Assembly: GCA_006226415.1 (NCBI GenBank)
Contig: SBGZ01000085.1
Span: 23,645-87,644, forward strand
From: Alphaproteobacteria bacterium
Lineage (GTDB): Bacteria > Pseudomonadota > Alphaproteobacteria > M2410
Reading direction: 5' to 3'
Length of the DNA stretch: 64,000 bases
In this document: piece after piece, positions 31,614 to 42,600 of the stretch
How positions within the stretch are numbered: the first letter of the stretch is position 1
Layout of the letters: each line of letters begins with the position of its first letter
Notes under the pieces: model-generated
The model's database searches: none
The model's input: the letters and a program-made list of their open reading frames with translations, nothing else
What the model was told of the DNA's origin: nothing
Translations under genes and position numbers: made by a program

Positions 31614-33260
31614 CTAATTGGGCCAATAAATATATTCATCATCTTCCGCCTCCGGCTCCGCCAAAGTCTTGTCAATCGATATGGGCATTTGAACGAAGGA
31701 CTGCCACAAGGGTTCAGCTTGATCGGCATTATGTGCCTCAAGTTTCGCCCGCAAGTCGGCCACCACCTCGGGCCGCGCCTCGGCAAGATTGTTTTGCTCG
31801 GTCGGATCGACGCTCAGGTCATAAAGCCAGACTTTGCGCGGATTGTCAGAAACTTGCATCTTCCAATTGTCTGACATGACGGCTTGATAGAACCCTTCAC
31901 GCCAGAAAATAGTGCGTGACTGCGGATTGCTTAGTTGCGCCCGAATATCCATGCCGTCAATGACCCGGTCGGCGGGCAATGTGCCCCCACCCGCCGCAAC
32001 CGCCGTGGGCATAATGTCGAGATGGCTGACCGGCGCATCCACCACCTGCCCGCCCTCAATGGCAGCCGGCCAGGAGAGGATCATGGGCACATGAGTACCA
32101 CCTTCAAACAAGGTAAGTTTCCAGCCGCGATAGGGTCTGTTGATATCCGGCAGGCCGATATACCCCGCACCGCCATTGTCGCTTGTGAAAATGATCAACG
32201 TATTGTCGGCAATCCCATTTTGCTCTAACGCATCAAGAACCTTGCCCAGGCTCCGATCGAGGGAGCGCACCATGGCCGCATAGACCCGCAGCCGCTCGTC
32301 CTGGATGTCAGAAAGCGCGTCATAATCGGCCTTTGAGGCCTGCAACGGCGTATGCACGCCCCAATGCGCCAGATAAAGAAAGAACGGACGGTTTTGGTTT
32401 GCGTCGATCACTTTTACCGCATTGTCCGTGAAGTAATCGGTCAGATAGCCTTCCGGCTTGAACCGGGCGCTGTTGTTGAAGGTGACGGCATATTGCATGG
32501 AGGCCCAGAGGAAACGGTCAATCGCATCAAAATCCTGTTTGGAATTGACCACATTTGGATCATTCTCCGGCAGGTAAAGCCCACTGGCCATGAGCAGGCT
32601 CTCATCAAACCCTTGCGCGGTCGGGCGGAAGCTTTCCGACCGGCCCAAATGCCACTTGCCAATATGGGCCGTGTAATAACCCTGAGCTTTGAGAAGTTCG
32701 GCCACTGTGACTTCGGACCCCACCATGCCCATATCCTCAAAATGAGGCATCTGGTCCATGATCTCATAATCAAAAATGTTCTTGCGCAGTCTTCCATCAA
32801 CTGAGTTGAGCAGAGACCCAATTTTTCCCATCCCGCCTGGCGTGGGCGTGAACTCAAAACCAAAGCGCGTCGAATAACGCCCTGTCATGATCATCGCCCG
32901 TGACGGCGCACAGACCGCATTACCCGCATAGGCATTGTTAAAACGCACGCCCTGCGCCGCCAAACGGTCAAAGTTGGGTGTTGGCACGCGGCCACCTGCG
33001 ACCCCACCGCCATAGGTCTGAATGTCATTAAACCCCAAGTCATCGGTCAGAAAGACGATGATGTTGGGAGGCCGTTGATCGGATGGAACCGGAGCTGTTG
33101 TCGGCCCTTGCTGCCAAACCACCTCCTCTGTCGGGCCTATCGGGTTCTTGATTCGGTTCATCAACCCAACCCCTGCCACCATAAGATTGATACGGTAGAC
33201 ATAACCCAGTCCAGCGCCGACAAGCGCAACCGCCATCAGCCCGATGAAAATCCTGCGCAT
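31614..33260 (-). CDS. Formylglycine-dependent sulfatase
   Basis: PNII.FLTDDLG, CAPSRA.IMTGRY (CxPxR), GKWHLG, SDNG. Confidence 0.95.
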   Translation of the reverse strand: MRRIFIGLMAVALVGAGLGYVYRINLMVAGVGLMNRIKNPIGPTEEVVWQQGPTTAPVPSDQRPPNIIVFLTDDLGFNDIQTYGGGVAGGRVPTPNFDRLAAQGVRFNNAYAGNAVCAPSRAMIMTGRYSTRFGFEFTPTPGGMGKIGSLLNSVDGRLRKNIFDYEIMDQMPHFEDMGMVGSEVTVAELLKAQGYYTAHIGKWHLGRSESFRPTAQGFDESLLMASGLYLPENDPNVVNSKQDFDAIDRFLWASMQYAVTFNNSARFKPEGYLTDYFTDNAVKVIDANQNRPFFLYLAHWGVHTPLQASKADYDALSDIQDERLRVYAAMVRSLDRSLGKVLDALEQNGIADNTLIIFTSDNGGAGYIGLPDINRPYRGWKLTLFEGGTHVPMILSWPAAIEGGQVVDAPVSHLDIMPTAVAAGGGTLPADRVIDGMDIRAQLSNPQSRTIFWREGFYQAVMSDNWKMQVSDNPRKVWLYDLSVDPTEQNNLAEARPEVVADLRAKLEAHNADQAEPLWQSFVQMPISIDKTLAEPEAEDDEYIYWPN

Positions 33261-33274
33261 ATCAAAGACCCTCC

Positions 33275-33886
33275 TCAGGTCGGCACACGGGGGATCACCC
33301 CGGCAATGGAAAGAAAAAGAAGCGCCAGGATAAGGCGCGGATCACCGAGATTAATTTTCGGCGTAAATGGAAAAGCCAGCGTGCGCTCCAGCGATGCAAG
33401 CTTAAAGTCATGCGGGGCCTTAAACGCAGGATCCGAAGCAATGGCCACGAGATCCCGCCGCGAGCGATAGCGCACAAGCCCCGCCGCTTTCCAATCGTCA
33501 GCACCCTCAATGCCCACCCGGTCCATGGCAGGGGATACGATGGGGCCGAAAAGCACCGGATGGCAGGCCCGCTTTAAAAGGGCTGGCATCATATGCGCCA
33601 TATAGCGCGCCATCGCTGCTTGTCCGCTGAGTGTCTCCCCGCGAACCGTCACCTCACCATCGGCCACATCCAAAAGGTTGACCATGATGATCTGGCGGCC
33701 GTCATCTTCTTCCATGAAGCGCTGGATCATCGCAAGACGCGCGGGCGATGCGCCCCCCTCCGCAAACTTTTCCAAAACCGCTCTGATCTCGTCGGGCTTC
33801 AGGGGTCCGGCCAGATTTGTATACCAGAGGAAAAACACCCCATAGATCACAGCCAGGCCAATCCAGACCCAATAGACCATTTGCAT
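33275..33886 (-). CDS. Membrane-anchored hypothetical protein (DUF1330-like ferredoxin-fold core suspected)
   Basis: TM at each end; IMVNLL, SG..A..RY, W....LVRYRSRRD. Confidence 0.65.
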   Translation of the reverse strand: MQMVYWVWIGLAVIYGVFFLWYTNLAGPLKPDEIRAVLEKFAEGGASPARLAMIQRFMEEDDGRQIIMVNLLDVADGEVTVRGETLSGQAAMARYMAHMMPALLKRACHPVLFGPIVSPAMDRVGIEGADDWKAAGLVRYRSRRDLVAIASDPAFKAPHDFKLASLERTLAFPFTPKINLGDPRLILALLFLSIAGVIPRVPT

Positions 33887-33907
33887 TTGATCCTCCTAAA
33901 TCGGCGC

Positions 33908-35035
33908 TCACGATGCGTCAAACAACATGGCCGCCAATCTTTGCCGGTGATAAGCACTATCGCCAAATTGCGACTGTCCCCAGATCGCGCGGCGGCGATA
34001 AAGCTGTGCGTCACAGTCATAGGTAAACCCGAAGCCGCCATGGAACTGAATGGCCCGGTCACCCGCAAAGGAAAGCGCACCCTGCGCCGCCACTTTTGCC
34101 ATGCGCACGGCCATATCGCCCTGGGGTCCATCAAATTCGCCCGCCGCGTAGTAAAGGTGGCTGCGCGCACTCTCGATGGCGCAAAGCACATCGACGGTTG
34201 GGTGCTTAAGGGCCTGATAGGAACCGATCAGCCGGTCGAACTGCTTGCGCGTGTTGAGATATTCAACAATGTAATCAAGCGCCGCCTGAGCCGCGCCGCA
34301 CATATCAGCGGCCAAAAGAAGACAGCCCACCTTGCCGATATGTTTCAAAGCTTCGTGGGTGCGGGCCGGGTCCAGAAGCTGACTTGCCGGCACCGTAATG
34401 CCATCAAGGGACAGCCCATAAGTGCGCCGGGTTTCATCAATGGAAACCTCACGGCGAAGCGCGCCATCGGGGATCTGCCCCTTCTCCACCAGAACAAGCG
34501 CCGGGGCGCCTTCAAGAAGAAGGGAGACAATGAGCACCTCTGCCCCCGCCCCATTGACCACGGCGCATTTGCTCCCCGACAAGCGCAGACTGTCACCATC
34601 GCGGGTAGCGACTGCGTCAGGCGCGCCAAGGTTCCATTCTCCGCTTGGCTCATAAAAGGCGCAGGCGCCAAGAGTGCCACTCGCCAGCTTTGGCAGCCAT
34701 TCTTGCTTTTGCGCTTCCGTGCCACCGGCCAGCAAGGCTTGTCCCGTCAAGGTGACCGCATAAAAGGGCGTCGCCATCAAATGCCGCCCCATGGGCTCGG
34801 CGAGGGTCACAACTTCCGCAAGCGAAAGACCGATCCCCCCGTATTCTTCTGGCAGGGCCACACCGAGCCAGCCCAGATCCACCATCTCTTGCCAAATATC
34901 CCCATCGTACCCGAGGTCGTCCTCAATCAAGGCACGCACGGTTTTGATGGGCGATTTATCCCGGGCAAAATTGATCGCGACTTCAAGAAGCTGCTCTTGC
35001 TCTTCGCTAAAAGAGATCGTGACTTTTTCGCTCAT
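33908..35035 (-). CDS. Acyl-CoA dehydrogenase family protein (shorter partner subunit)
   Basis: FSEEQ, PEEYGG.G, RKQFDRLIGSYQALKH, IQFHGGFGFT. Confidence 0.92.
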   Translation of the reverse strand: MSEKVTISFSEEQEQLLEVAINFARDKSPIKTVRALIEDDLGYDGDIWQEMVDLGWLGVALPEEYGGIGLSLAEVVTLAEPMGRHLMATPFYAVTLTGQALLAGGTEAQKQEWLPKLASGTLGACAFYEPSGEWNLGAPDAVATRDGDSLRLSGSKCAVVNGAGAEVLIVSLLLEGAPALVLVEKGQIPDGALRREVSIDETRRTYGLSLDGITVPASQLLDPARTHEALKHIGKVGCLLLAADMCGAAQAALDYIVEYLNTRKQFDRLIGSYQALKHPTVDVLCAIESARSHLYYAAGEFDGPQGDMAVRMAKVAAQGALSFAGDRAIQFHGGFGFTYDCDAQLYRRRAIWGQSQFGDSAYHRQRLAAMLFDAS

Positions 35036-35047
35036 GTCCCGCCCTCC

Positions 35048-36253
35048 TTAGCTCTTGGGCAGGCCAAGGACCCGCTCGCCAATGATGTTTTGTTGGATCT
35101 GACTGGTGCCCCCGCCAATGGTTGCCGAGAAGGCATTAAAATAAGCCCGGTGCCAAAGCCCTTTATCAACCGCGCCCGGGTCCCCCACATAAAAGGCGCC
35201 ATTGGTGCCTTGAAGCGAGAGGGCATATTCATTCATTTCCCGGGTCAGCTCGGTAATCAAATATTTGCCCGAAATCGAAATCGCATGCGGGCGGTCCTGG
35301 GTCAGCGCCTTATGCGCCGAGCGGGCTGAATTTAGTCGCACGGATCTCTCGCGCATGACAAATTTCACCAGCTGATCGCGCACCAGCGGGTCTTCGATGG
35401 CGGGTTTGCCGCCACGCTTAGAACGCCGTGCCAAGTCAATCAGATGAGAGGATTCACGTTGCATCTGCGCGTGACCGCCGGCCTGACCGCCCGAGGCCCC
35501 ACGCTCAAACATCAAAGTCGCCATGGCAACTTTCCAGCCATTGCCTTCGCCGCCAATCAGGGTTGAGGCGGGAATGCGCGCGTCCGTAAAGAAAGTTTGG
35601 TTGAAACCATATTCACCGGTCATTTTTTTGATCGGGACGACATCAATACCCGGCACATCCATGGGCGCCAAAAAGAAAGAGAGGCCTTCATATTTGCTGT
35701 TGGCTTCAGGGTTGGAGCGCGCCAGCAAAATCATATGCTTGGCGTGGCGTCCCAGACTGGTCCAGATCTTTGACCCGTTAAGAACAAACTCATCCCCATC
35801 ACGCTCGGCCTTGAGCTGCGCATTGCCAAGGTCCGATCCATGATCCGGCTCAGAAAAGCCCTGACACCAGATTTCTTCCGCCGAGAGGATGTTTGGAATG
35901 TAGCGCTTCTTTTGTTCCTCCGACCCCATCATCAAAATAAGCGGGCCCGCCCAATTAAGGCCAATGGTGTTGACCATGAAGGGCACTTGTTGGCGCACCA
36001 TCTCGCGGGTTACCACATTTTGCCAGGCCTGATCCATGCCGCGCCCGCCATAGGCCTCCGGCCAGGCCATGCCGAGATAACCCGCCTCATAGACTTTGTT
36101 TTGCCAATCTCTCAGGAAATAGAACTGCTCATCGGTCCCCACTTCCATAAAACTTTGCGGCAGAAGGAAATCAGGTTCCGGCGGTCGGTTCTCTTCAAAC
36201 CAGGCCTTGACCTCACCGCGAAACGCTTCAAGTTCTTTTTCTGTAGGAGCCAT
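35048..36253 (-). CDS. Acyl-CoA dehydrogenase family protein
   Basis: WPEAYGG, WCQGFSEPDHGSDL, NGSKIWTS, TIGGGTSQIQ.NII.ERVLGLP. Confidence 0.93.
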   Translation of the reverse strand: MAPTEKELEAFRGEVKAWFEENRPPEPDFLLPQSFMEVGTDEQFYFLRDWQNKVYEAGYLGMAWPEAYGGRGMDQAWQNVVTREMVRQQVPFMVNTIGLNWAGPLILMMGSEEQKKRYIPNILSAEEIWCQGFSEPDHGSDLGNAQLKAERDGDEFVLNGSKIWTSLGRHAKHMILLARSNPEANSKYEGLSFFLAPMDVPGIDVVPIKKMTGEYGFNQTFFTDARIPASTLIGGEGNGWKVAMATLMFERGASGGQAGGHAQMQRESSHLIDLARRSKRGGKPAIEDPLVRDQLVKFVMRERSVRLNSARSAHKALTQDRPHAISISGKYLITELTREMNEYALSLQGTNGAFYVGDPGAVDKGLWHRAYFNAFSATIGGGTSQIQQNIIGERVLGLPKS

Positions 36254-36258
36254 GGAAA

Positions 36259-36873
36259 TTATACCTCCGTTGCCCGGATGAAAGCAGGCCGCGCCGAAAC
36301 CCGCTCCCAATAGGCTTTGATGTTAGGTGTGAAGACTTCGTCGATGCCAAGGGATTTGGCGAGCACCAGAGCATAGGCGACCGAAATATCGGCAATCGTA
36401 AAACGACCGGCCGCCAGATAATCCCTGTCCCCAAGAGCCGTCTCAACAGAGCGCATGCGCGCCAAAAACCATTTGCGATAATCCTCAACCACCTGCGGCA
36501 GACGCCGCTCTTCCGGTTCCAGCACCGTGTAGCGCAAGACCAAAGTCTGCGGAAAGGTCAGCGTCGCATCAGAGCGATAAAGCCAATTGAGGTAGACCCC
36601 ATAGTCCGGTTCGTCCGGGCGCACCGCTAGGTCGGTGGGCCCCTGAGTTTCCACAAGGTAGTGACAGATGCCGGTCGATTCGGTCATCTCCACATCCCCG
36701 TGTTTAAAAAAGGGAACCGTCCCAATCGGGTTCATCTCCTTGTAGCCCTCGTGCAGAAAACGCGGCGGGAACTTCATGGAAATAAGCTCATAGTCGAGCC
36801 CCAGCTCTTCCAGCGTCCAGAGTGGGCGCACCGAGCGGGACCCCTTGCAATGATAAAGGGTCATGGGTTTCAT
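36259..36873 (-). CDS. Glutathione S-transferase
   Basis: SRS.R.LW.LEE, NP.GTVP, ES..I..YL, FT.ADI, RPAF. Confidence 0.92.
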   Translation of the reverse strand: MKPMTLYHCKGSRSVRPLWTLEELGLDYELISMKFPPRFLHEGYKEMNPIGTVPFFKHGDVEMTESTGICHYLVETQGPTDLAVRPDEPDYGVYLNWLYRSDATLTFPQTLVLRYTVLEPEERRLPQVVEDYRKWFLARMRSVETALGDRDYLAAGRFTIADISVAYALVLAKSLGIDEVFTPNIKAYWERVSARPAFIRATEV

Positions 36874-37079
36874 GGGGTCTACGTCCTCCCTTGCCGACCT
36901 CATTGATCCTTCCCCCGGGCCTTTCTTTTGCGAAGGCTTTTTGTCGCGGGAAAGCATGGGCCCATCTCGCCATGAATCGGGAGCCTTGTCCAGCTTTGGC
37001 CCCCTCTCTGGTCGGATCGCACAAAAAAGCGGCGGACTGTCACCAATCCGCCGCCAGATCATCCTCTCATAAAGCGAGG

Positions 37080-37937
37080 TTACTTCTTTTGATTGAGAGA
37101 TTTTGCATCCAGGATCATATCAAACCCTTGCATATTGGCCGGGATGACCACCACAGATCCGCCACTGTCCGCGAAGCTGAGCAGGGCCGTGTTGATCTCG
37201 TGCTGGAGATATTCCGGGGTCAGGCTTTCATTGATGATCCGGTTGGCCTCGGCAACACCCTTTGAGCGTTCAATCTCAATTTGTGCGTCTTGTCGGGCAA
37301 TATCTACTTCGAGCTTTTTCGCTTCGAGTTTCTTTTCGTTCTGCACCGCGAGCTGGATCGACTGCTCAATAGAGGGGTCGGTATTCAGAGCTCGGATAAT
37401 GACACGGGTAATCGTAAAGATACCAGGGTCTGATCTGTCCAACTTAGCCTGAAGACGTTCTGCAATTGCAATCGCCAACTGGTCGCGGCTTTTGTGAAGC
37501 TCAAGGCTCTCAATCTTTGAAACCGCATCATAAGCCGCGCCGCGCGCTTCCTGATGGACCAGGCCATAGGCCGGATACCAAGCGCCATCTGAGCCGCGGG
37601 CCCTTGTGCCGGCATATTTGATTTCCGTCTCGGCAATCGCCGTTGGCATGACCTTGTAGTAAACCGTGACGTCGAGGTCCTTCAGGGACAGGTTGTCCGC
37701 CGCCTTGGGCTTAAGGTCTTCCAAAGTGAAGTTGATCTCTTTGCCGACATAGATGTCTTTGTGCGTGATAATCGGCAATTTCAAATGAATGCCTTCACCA
37801 AGTTCATTCAGCTTCACTTTGCCAAGCGTGCGCTCAACCGCAATGTGTCCCGTTTCCACAGTGTAGACACTGCTCAGAAAAAACATCGCAACGAAAACGA
37901 GGGCGATCCCTCCAAATATCCGTCCGAGAACTTTCAT
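37080..37937 (-). CDS. SPFH/band-7/prohibitin family membrane protein
   Basis: N-terminal TM, EGIH.KLP, coiled coil ending G.AEAN..I..SLT..YLQ. Confidence 0.85.
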   Translation of the reverse strand: MKVLGRIFGGIALVFVAMFFLSSVYTVETGHIAVERTLGKVKLNELGEGIHLKLPIITHKDIYVGKEINFTLEDLKPKAADNLSLKDLDVTVYYKVMPTAIAETEIKYAGTRARGSDGAWYPAYGLVHQEARGAAYDAVSKIESLELHKSRDQLAIAIAERLQAKLDRSDPGIFTITRVIIRALNTDPSIEQSIQLAVQNEKKLEAKKLEVDIARQDAQIEIERSKGVAEANRIINESLTPEYLQHEINTALLSFADSGGSVVVIPANMQGFDMILDAKSLNQKK

Positions 37938-38075
37938 GGTTTGTCCTTTTATCATAATTCCTCCATAGGGCGACTTCTCGAAATTTTTGCACCCATAGGT
38001 TATGTATGCATCAGCCGCCGATTTTCAAGTGAAAATCGGAAAACCATTTTTATTTCAAGAATTTAGTCGAAAACT

Positions 38076-39614
38076 CTAGGAGTTGTAAATCGCTGTCACC
38101 AGCTCTCGGTGATCGGGCAACCGCCGAACATCCACTTCTGCTTTCCGCGTGTTTTGCGCGGCCCGCAGCTTGGCAAAATCCAAATCTGAAAACCAGGCTT
38201 CCTGCCCTTTGAGGTCCGGCAGATACTCCATGCCAAACAAGATCTGATGATAGCTGGTCGGGCCAAATGTTGGCGCATGGATCGGGATATCCTCAATCAC
38301 CATGGGGCGATGACGCCACGCCTCAAGATAATTTTGAAGCCGGTCCGAAATTGTTTCCGGCTGACGATTTTCGATCCAGAAGTCGCTGTCGTCCCGGCGA
38401 GAAATGCAATAGTGCAGCTTGATAAAGTCAAATGTTGTCTCAAACCAGGCACTCATGCGCTTGTTAAACTCAGACGCCATAAACGTCATGTCCCCTTGAC
38501 GGGAAAACGTGTGGCAAAATCTGGAAAGTGAGAGCTCTACCTGGTGGATGCCTGTCGACTCCAGCGGCTCGATAAATCCCGAAGCAAGCCCAATGGACAA
38601 ACAATTTTTAACCCAGGGTTTCTCGCGATAGCCGATCCGCATCTCCAGCTTCCGGGCATTAAGACCATCGCTCAGCGGCCCGGCATATTCCCGCAAGGTC
38701 TTTTCCGCCTCATCATCGCTGATATGCCGGCTTGAATAGACATGTCCGATCCCGCGCCGCTCAACAAGGCCAATGTCCCAGATCCAGCCATTGCTTTTCG
38801 CCGTCGAAGTCGTGAACGGTCGCACCGGCGCCTCAGGCGTTTCGTAAGGGATCTGTACTGTCACCGCCCGGTCGCAAAACAACATATCCGTGCGATCAAG
38901 AAAGGGAGACCCGAGCTTCTTCTCAATCAGAAAGGCGCCGAACCCGGAGCAATCAATGAAAAGATCTGCGACCAAATCCTCTTGATCCTTCACCTTCAAT
39001 CGTTCAATCGCCCCATCTTCGCCAACAACAACCTCGCTAACATGGCCGATGCGATGCTCAACGCCATCCGCCGTCCCAATGGATTTCAGCAGCGATGCAA
39101 ATCGCCCCGCATCAAAGTGATAAGCATAATTTAGTCTTTGCGGCCCCGGGGCCTCGCCGAACACGAAGGGCCCACGACCCGCCTCACAAACCATGCCCTG
39201 CGAGGTTATATAATCGACATAGCTCTTATGGTTTTGCTCGCGCGTGAGAAGCCAATACCCAGCAGCTTCTTCGCCCTTAACCTGAAAAGGCCTTTGAAAG
39301 GCGTGGTAGAAGCTGTTGCGCCGTCCGTTCTCAGGTAAATGCAGCCAATCATCAAACCGAATGGCCTGCTTAAAGGTGGCCGAGGTCTCTCTCATGAATC
39401 GAGGCTCGTCCAGTCCAAAAAAATTGATGACTTTTCGAATTGTCGGGATGGTCGCTTCCCCGACACCAATGGTGCCCACGTCACTCGATTCGATCAAGGT
39501 AACCTGAACCGATCCCGGCTGACTGGATTGAAAATACCTCGCCAGATAGGCCGCACTCAACCATCCGGCTGAACCGCCACCGACAACAGCAATTTTGTTA
39601 ATTTGCTTCGTCAT
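38076..39614 (-). CDS. Flavin-dependent (tryptophan-type) halogenase
   Basis: GGGSAGW, GVGEATIP, ATFKQAI (catalytic Lys), FIDCSG, GWIWDIG, FIEPLESTG. Confidence 0.93.
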   Translation of the reverse strand: MTKQINKIAVVGGGSAGWLSAAYLARYFQSSQPGSVQVTLIESSDVGTIGVGEATIPTIRKVINFFGLDEPRFMRETSATFKQAIRFDDWLHLPENGRRNSFYHAFQRPFQVKGEEAAGYWLLTREQNHKSYVDYITSQGMVCEAGRGPFVFGEAPGPQRLNYAYHFDAGRFASLLKSIGTADGVEHRIGHVSEVVVGEDGAIERLKVKDQEDLVADLFIDCSGFGAFLIEKKLGSPFLDRTDMLFCDRAVTVQIPYETPEAPVRPFTTSTAKSNGWIWDIGLVERRGIGHVYSSRHISDDEAEKTLREYAGPLSDGLNARKLEMRIGYREKPWVKNCLSIGLASGFIEPLESTGIHQVELSLSRFCHTFSRQGDMTFMASEFNKRMSAWFETTFDFIKLHYCISRRDDSDFWIENRQPETISDRLQNYLEAWRHRPMVIEDIPIHAPTFGPTSYHQILFGMEYLPDLKGQEAWFSDLDFAKLRAAQNTRKAEVDVRRLPDHRELVTAIYNS

Positions 39615-39649
39615 TGCCCCCCGCAAATTGAATATTCTGCCCGCCTTGA

Positions 39650-42600
39650 TCACTCACCCGGAAGATGGTGTTCATGCCCCTTATCACCAGGTCGCACCAA
39701 CCTCCAGAGCCAGTCCAGGCCCCGCTTGATATCTTCAACGATGAGAACATTTGTCGGCACCATGATCAAGGTAATTACCGTGGCAAACAGAACGCCGAAC
39801 CCAAGTGAAACCGCCATCGGGATAAGAAACTGAGACGACTTGGATTGATCAAGCATCAAAGGCAACAGCCCAAAGAAAGTTGTCACAGATGTCAGAAACA
39901 CGGGACGGAACCGCGCGACCCCTGCGTTCAACACTGCATGCTCAACCCTTTCGCCCGCCCGTGTCCGTTGATTAATATAATCAACCAGCACAAGGCTATC
40001 ATTGACCAAAACGCCTAGAAGCGCCATGAGCCCCAATACGCTAAGGAAGGAAATATATATCCCCAAGATCCAGTGCCCCACCACGGCGCCAATCAAACCA
40101 AAGGGAATAACGGACATAATCACGATGGGCTGCGAATAAGACTTCAAGGGCAGAGCTAACAGACAATAGATGGCAAAGAGCACGCCAAAGAAAGCCATCT
40201 GCATGCTGCCCATGGCCTCCTGTTGTTGTTTGGCCTCGCCTTCCATGGAATAGGAAATGCCCGGATATTGCATCAGAAGATTGTCGATATAATCCCTGAT
40301 GTCACCCATGAGGACCGTCATATTGGTTTCTTCTTTATCCACATCCGCCGTCACCGTCAGCACCCGGTATCGGTCGACCCGGCGGATCTGACTTGGTCCC
40401 TTACTCGGGGTCAGGGCTGCCACATGACTGAGCGGCACCTGGGCGCCGCTGGGTGTACGGATCAACATCTCTTCAAGAGTTTCCAGTGTGCTGCGCTCTG
40501 ATTGTGGAAATCGCACAATGACGCGAATGTCATCCCGTCCGCGTTGAATGCGCTGCACTTGAATACCCTTAAAGGCCTGCCCGACCTGCCGCGCAACGTC
40601 AGAGCGCGTCAGCCCAAGAACATGGCCTTGTGGTGTGACTTCAATTTTGAGCTCTTCCTTGCCGTCGGACATACTGTCGGCAATTTCAAAGACGGTTGGA
40701 TAGGTCGCAAGTCGCTCTTTGATACGGTCCCCCACCTCATTCAGCGTATCAAGAGACGTCCCGCTCAGCTGAACCTCCACCGGATTGCCGGGTCGGAAGT
40801 GCGAAGCTCTGAAATTAAGCGCCTCGGCGCCCGGCACATTCCCAATCATGCCGCGCCACTCTTGTAGAAGTTCACCAGCAGAAATTTTGCTCAGACTGCT
40901 CGGGCGCTGTTCAGCAGACATCACCTGAAACCGAACCCGTCCCCGGTTGGAAGCATTGGAGGAGCGCTGCCATGTCGCGCCCGTAATGGTCAAAATATCT
41001 TCAATCGGGCTAAGACCGGTTGTGTCATCGCGATATTTTTCCTGAAGCTCCTCCGCCGCTTGATACATGCGTTGAATATAGGCATCCGTCACTTCAAAAG
41101 GCGTGCCCACCGGCATGGTGAGCGAGGCTGTCGCTCTGTCGGCCTCAATCGGCGGAAAGAATATCCACCGGGTCCACCCAAACGAGATCAGCAACAAGAT
41201 CAGAACAAAGACTCCCACAAAGCCAGAAAGCGTTGCATAGCGATTTTCCGTCGTCAGGCGTAGGAGCGGCCTGTAATACTTCAGGACCCAAGCCTCAAAC
41301 CCGTCGGCGAACCGCTGTTGCCAGCGCTCTACCTTGTTGAGCTTGCTGTCATCCTTGGAAAGATGAACATGCTTAAGGTGTGCGGGCAGGACAAATTTCG
41401 ATTCAATAAGAGAAAACAGAAGTACCGGAATCACGACCGCCGCAATGGGTGAAAACCAGCGCCCCATATCACCGCCCACCAGGGCAATCGGCGCAAAGGC
41501 GACAACCGTGGTCAACACCCCAAAGGTGACCGGAACCGCAACCTCCTTGGTGCCCTTAATGGCGGCCTCAAGGCCTGTTTCTGTCGTGCGCAGATGACTG
41601 TAGACATTTTCGCCGGTCACAATGGCATCATCGACCACGATACCCAGCACCACAATAAATCCAAAGGCACTCATCATATTCAGGCTGATGTCCATGTAAC
41701 TCATGACAACAACCGCCCCCAGGAAACTCACCGGAATGCCGACAAATACCCACATAGCGATCTTGGGGCGCAGGAACAACGCCAGGAGCAGGAGAACAAG
41801 TGCGCCGCCCTGAAGAGCGCTTGACCCCAAAATGCCCAGACGGTCTTTCAAGACTTCGGAATCGTCGTCCCAATAGGAAAGCGTCATGCCCTCGGGCAGA
41901 GAGGTCTGTTTGGCATCAATATAATCTCTTACCGCCTTGGCAACCTCCAGTGCGCTTTGATTGCCAACGCGGTGGATGTTGATGAACGCAGCCTGCTGGC
42001 CATTATAGTTGACCTTAAGAGAGCCTTCTTCAAAAGAGTCATTAACAGCCGCCACATCCGACAGGCGGATGATGGTTCCGTCCGGGTTGGTCTTGACGGG
42101 AATATTCTCAAAATCTGTCCGCCGATAGGCCTGGCCCTTCGACCGGATCAACACATCGCCGCCCGCCGCCTTCAGGTTACCGGCGGAAATATCCAGAGAG
42201 CTGCTTTGGATAGCGCTGGCGATATCAGACAGGGTCAGCCCCAGGTCCCGCAACCGGTCCTGACTTGCCTCAATCGCAATCTCATACTTGCGCACCCCGC
42301 CTAGCTCAGCCTGGCTGACCGCGTCGAGCCGCAAAAGGTCATCACGCACCTGCTCGGCAAACCGCAGGATTTCCTCCTCATGGTGCGCGCCCGACACGAC
42401 AACGTCGATAACCGGCATTTTCCAGATCGTTGCGCTGATAACGGGCTTTTCAGCCTCTGCCGGAAACGTGTTGATGGCATCGACCCGGCTCTTGACCTGC
42501 TCAAGGATGTCATTGGCGTCATAGTCGGGATCGACCTTCAGGCTGACGGATGTCGACCCTTCAACCGAGGTGCTTTCGATGCGCTCAATCCCCGGCAGAT

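Noticed and set aside
33593-35329. 578-aa + strand ORF and other long antisense ORFs (e.g. 2496..3464, 14805..16073, 53780..54691)
   Set aside because: They shadow well-supported genes on the opposite strand, show no recognisable motifs, and are expected in GC-rich DNA.
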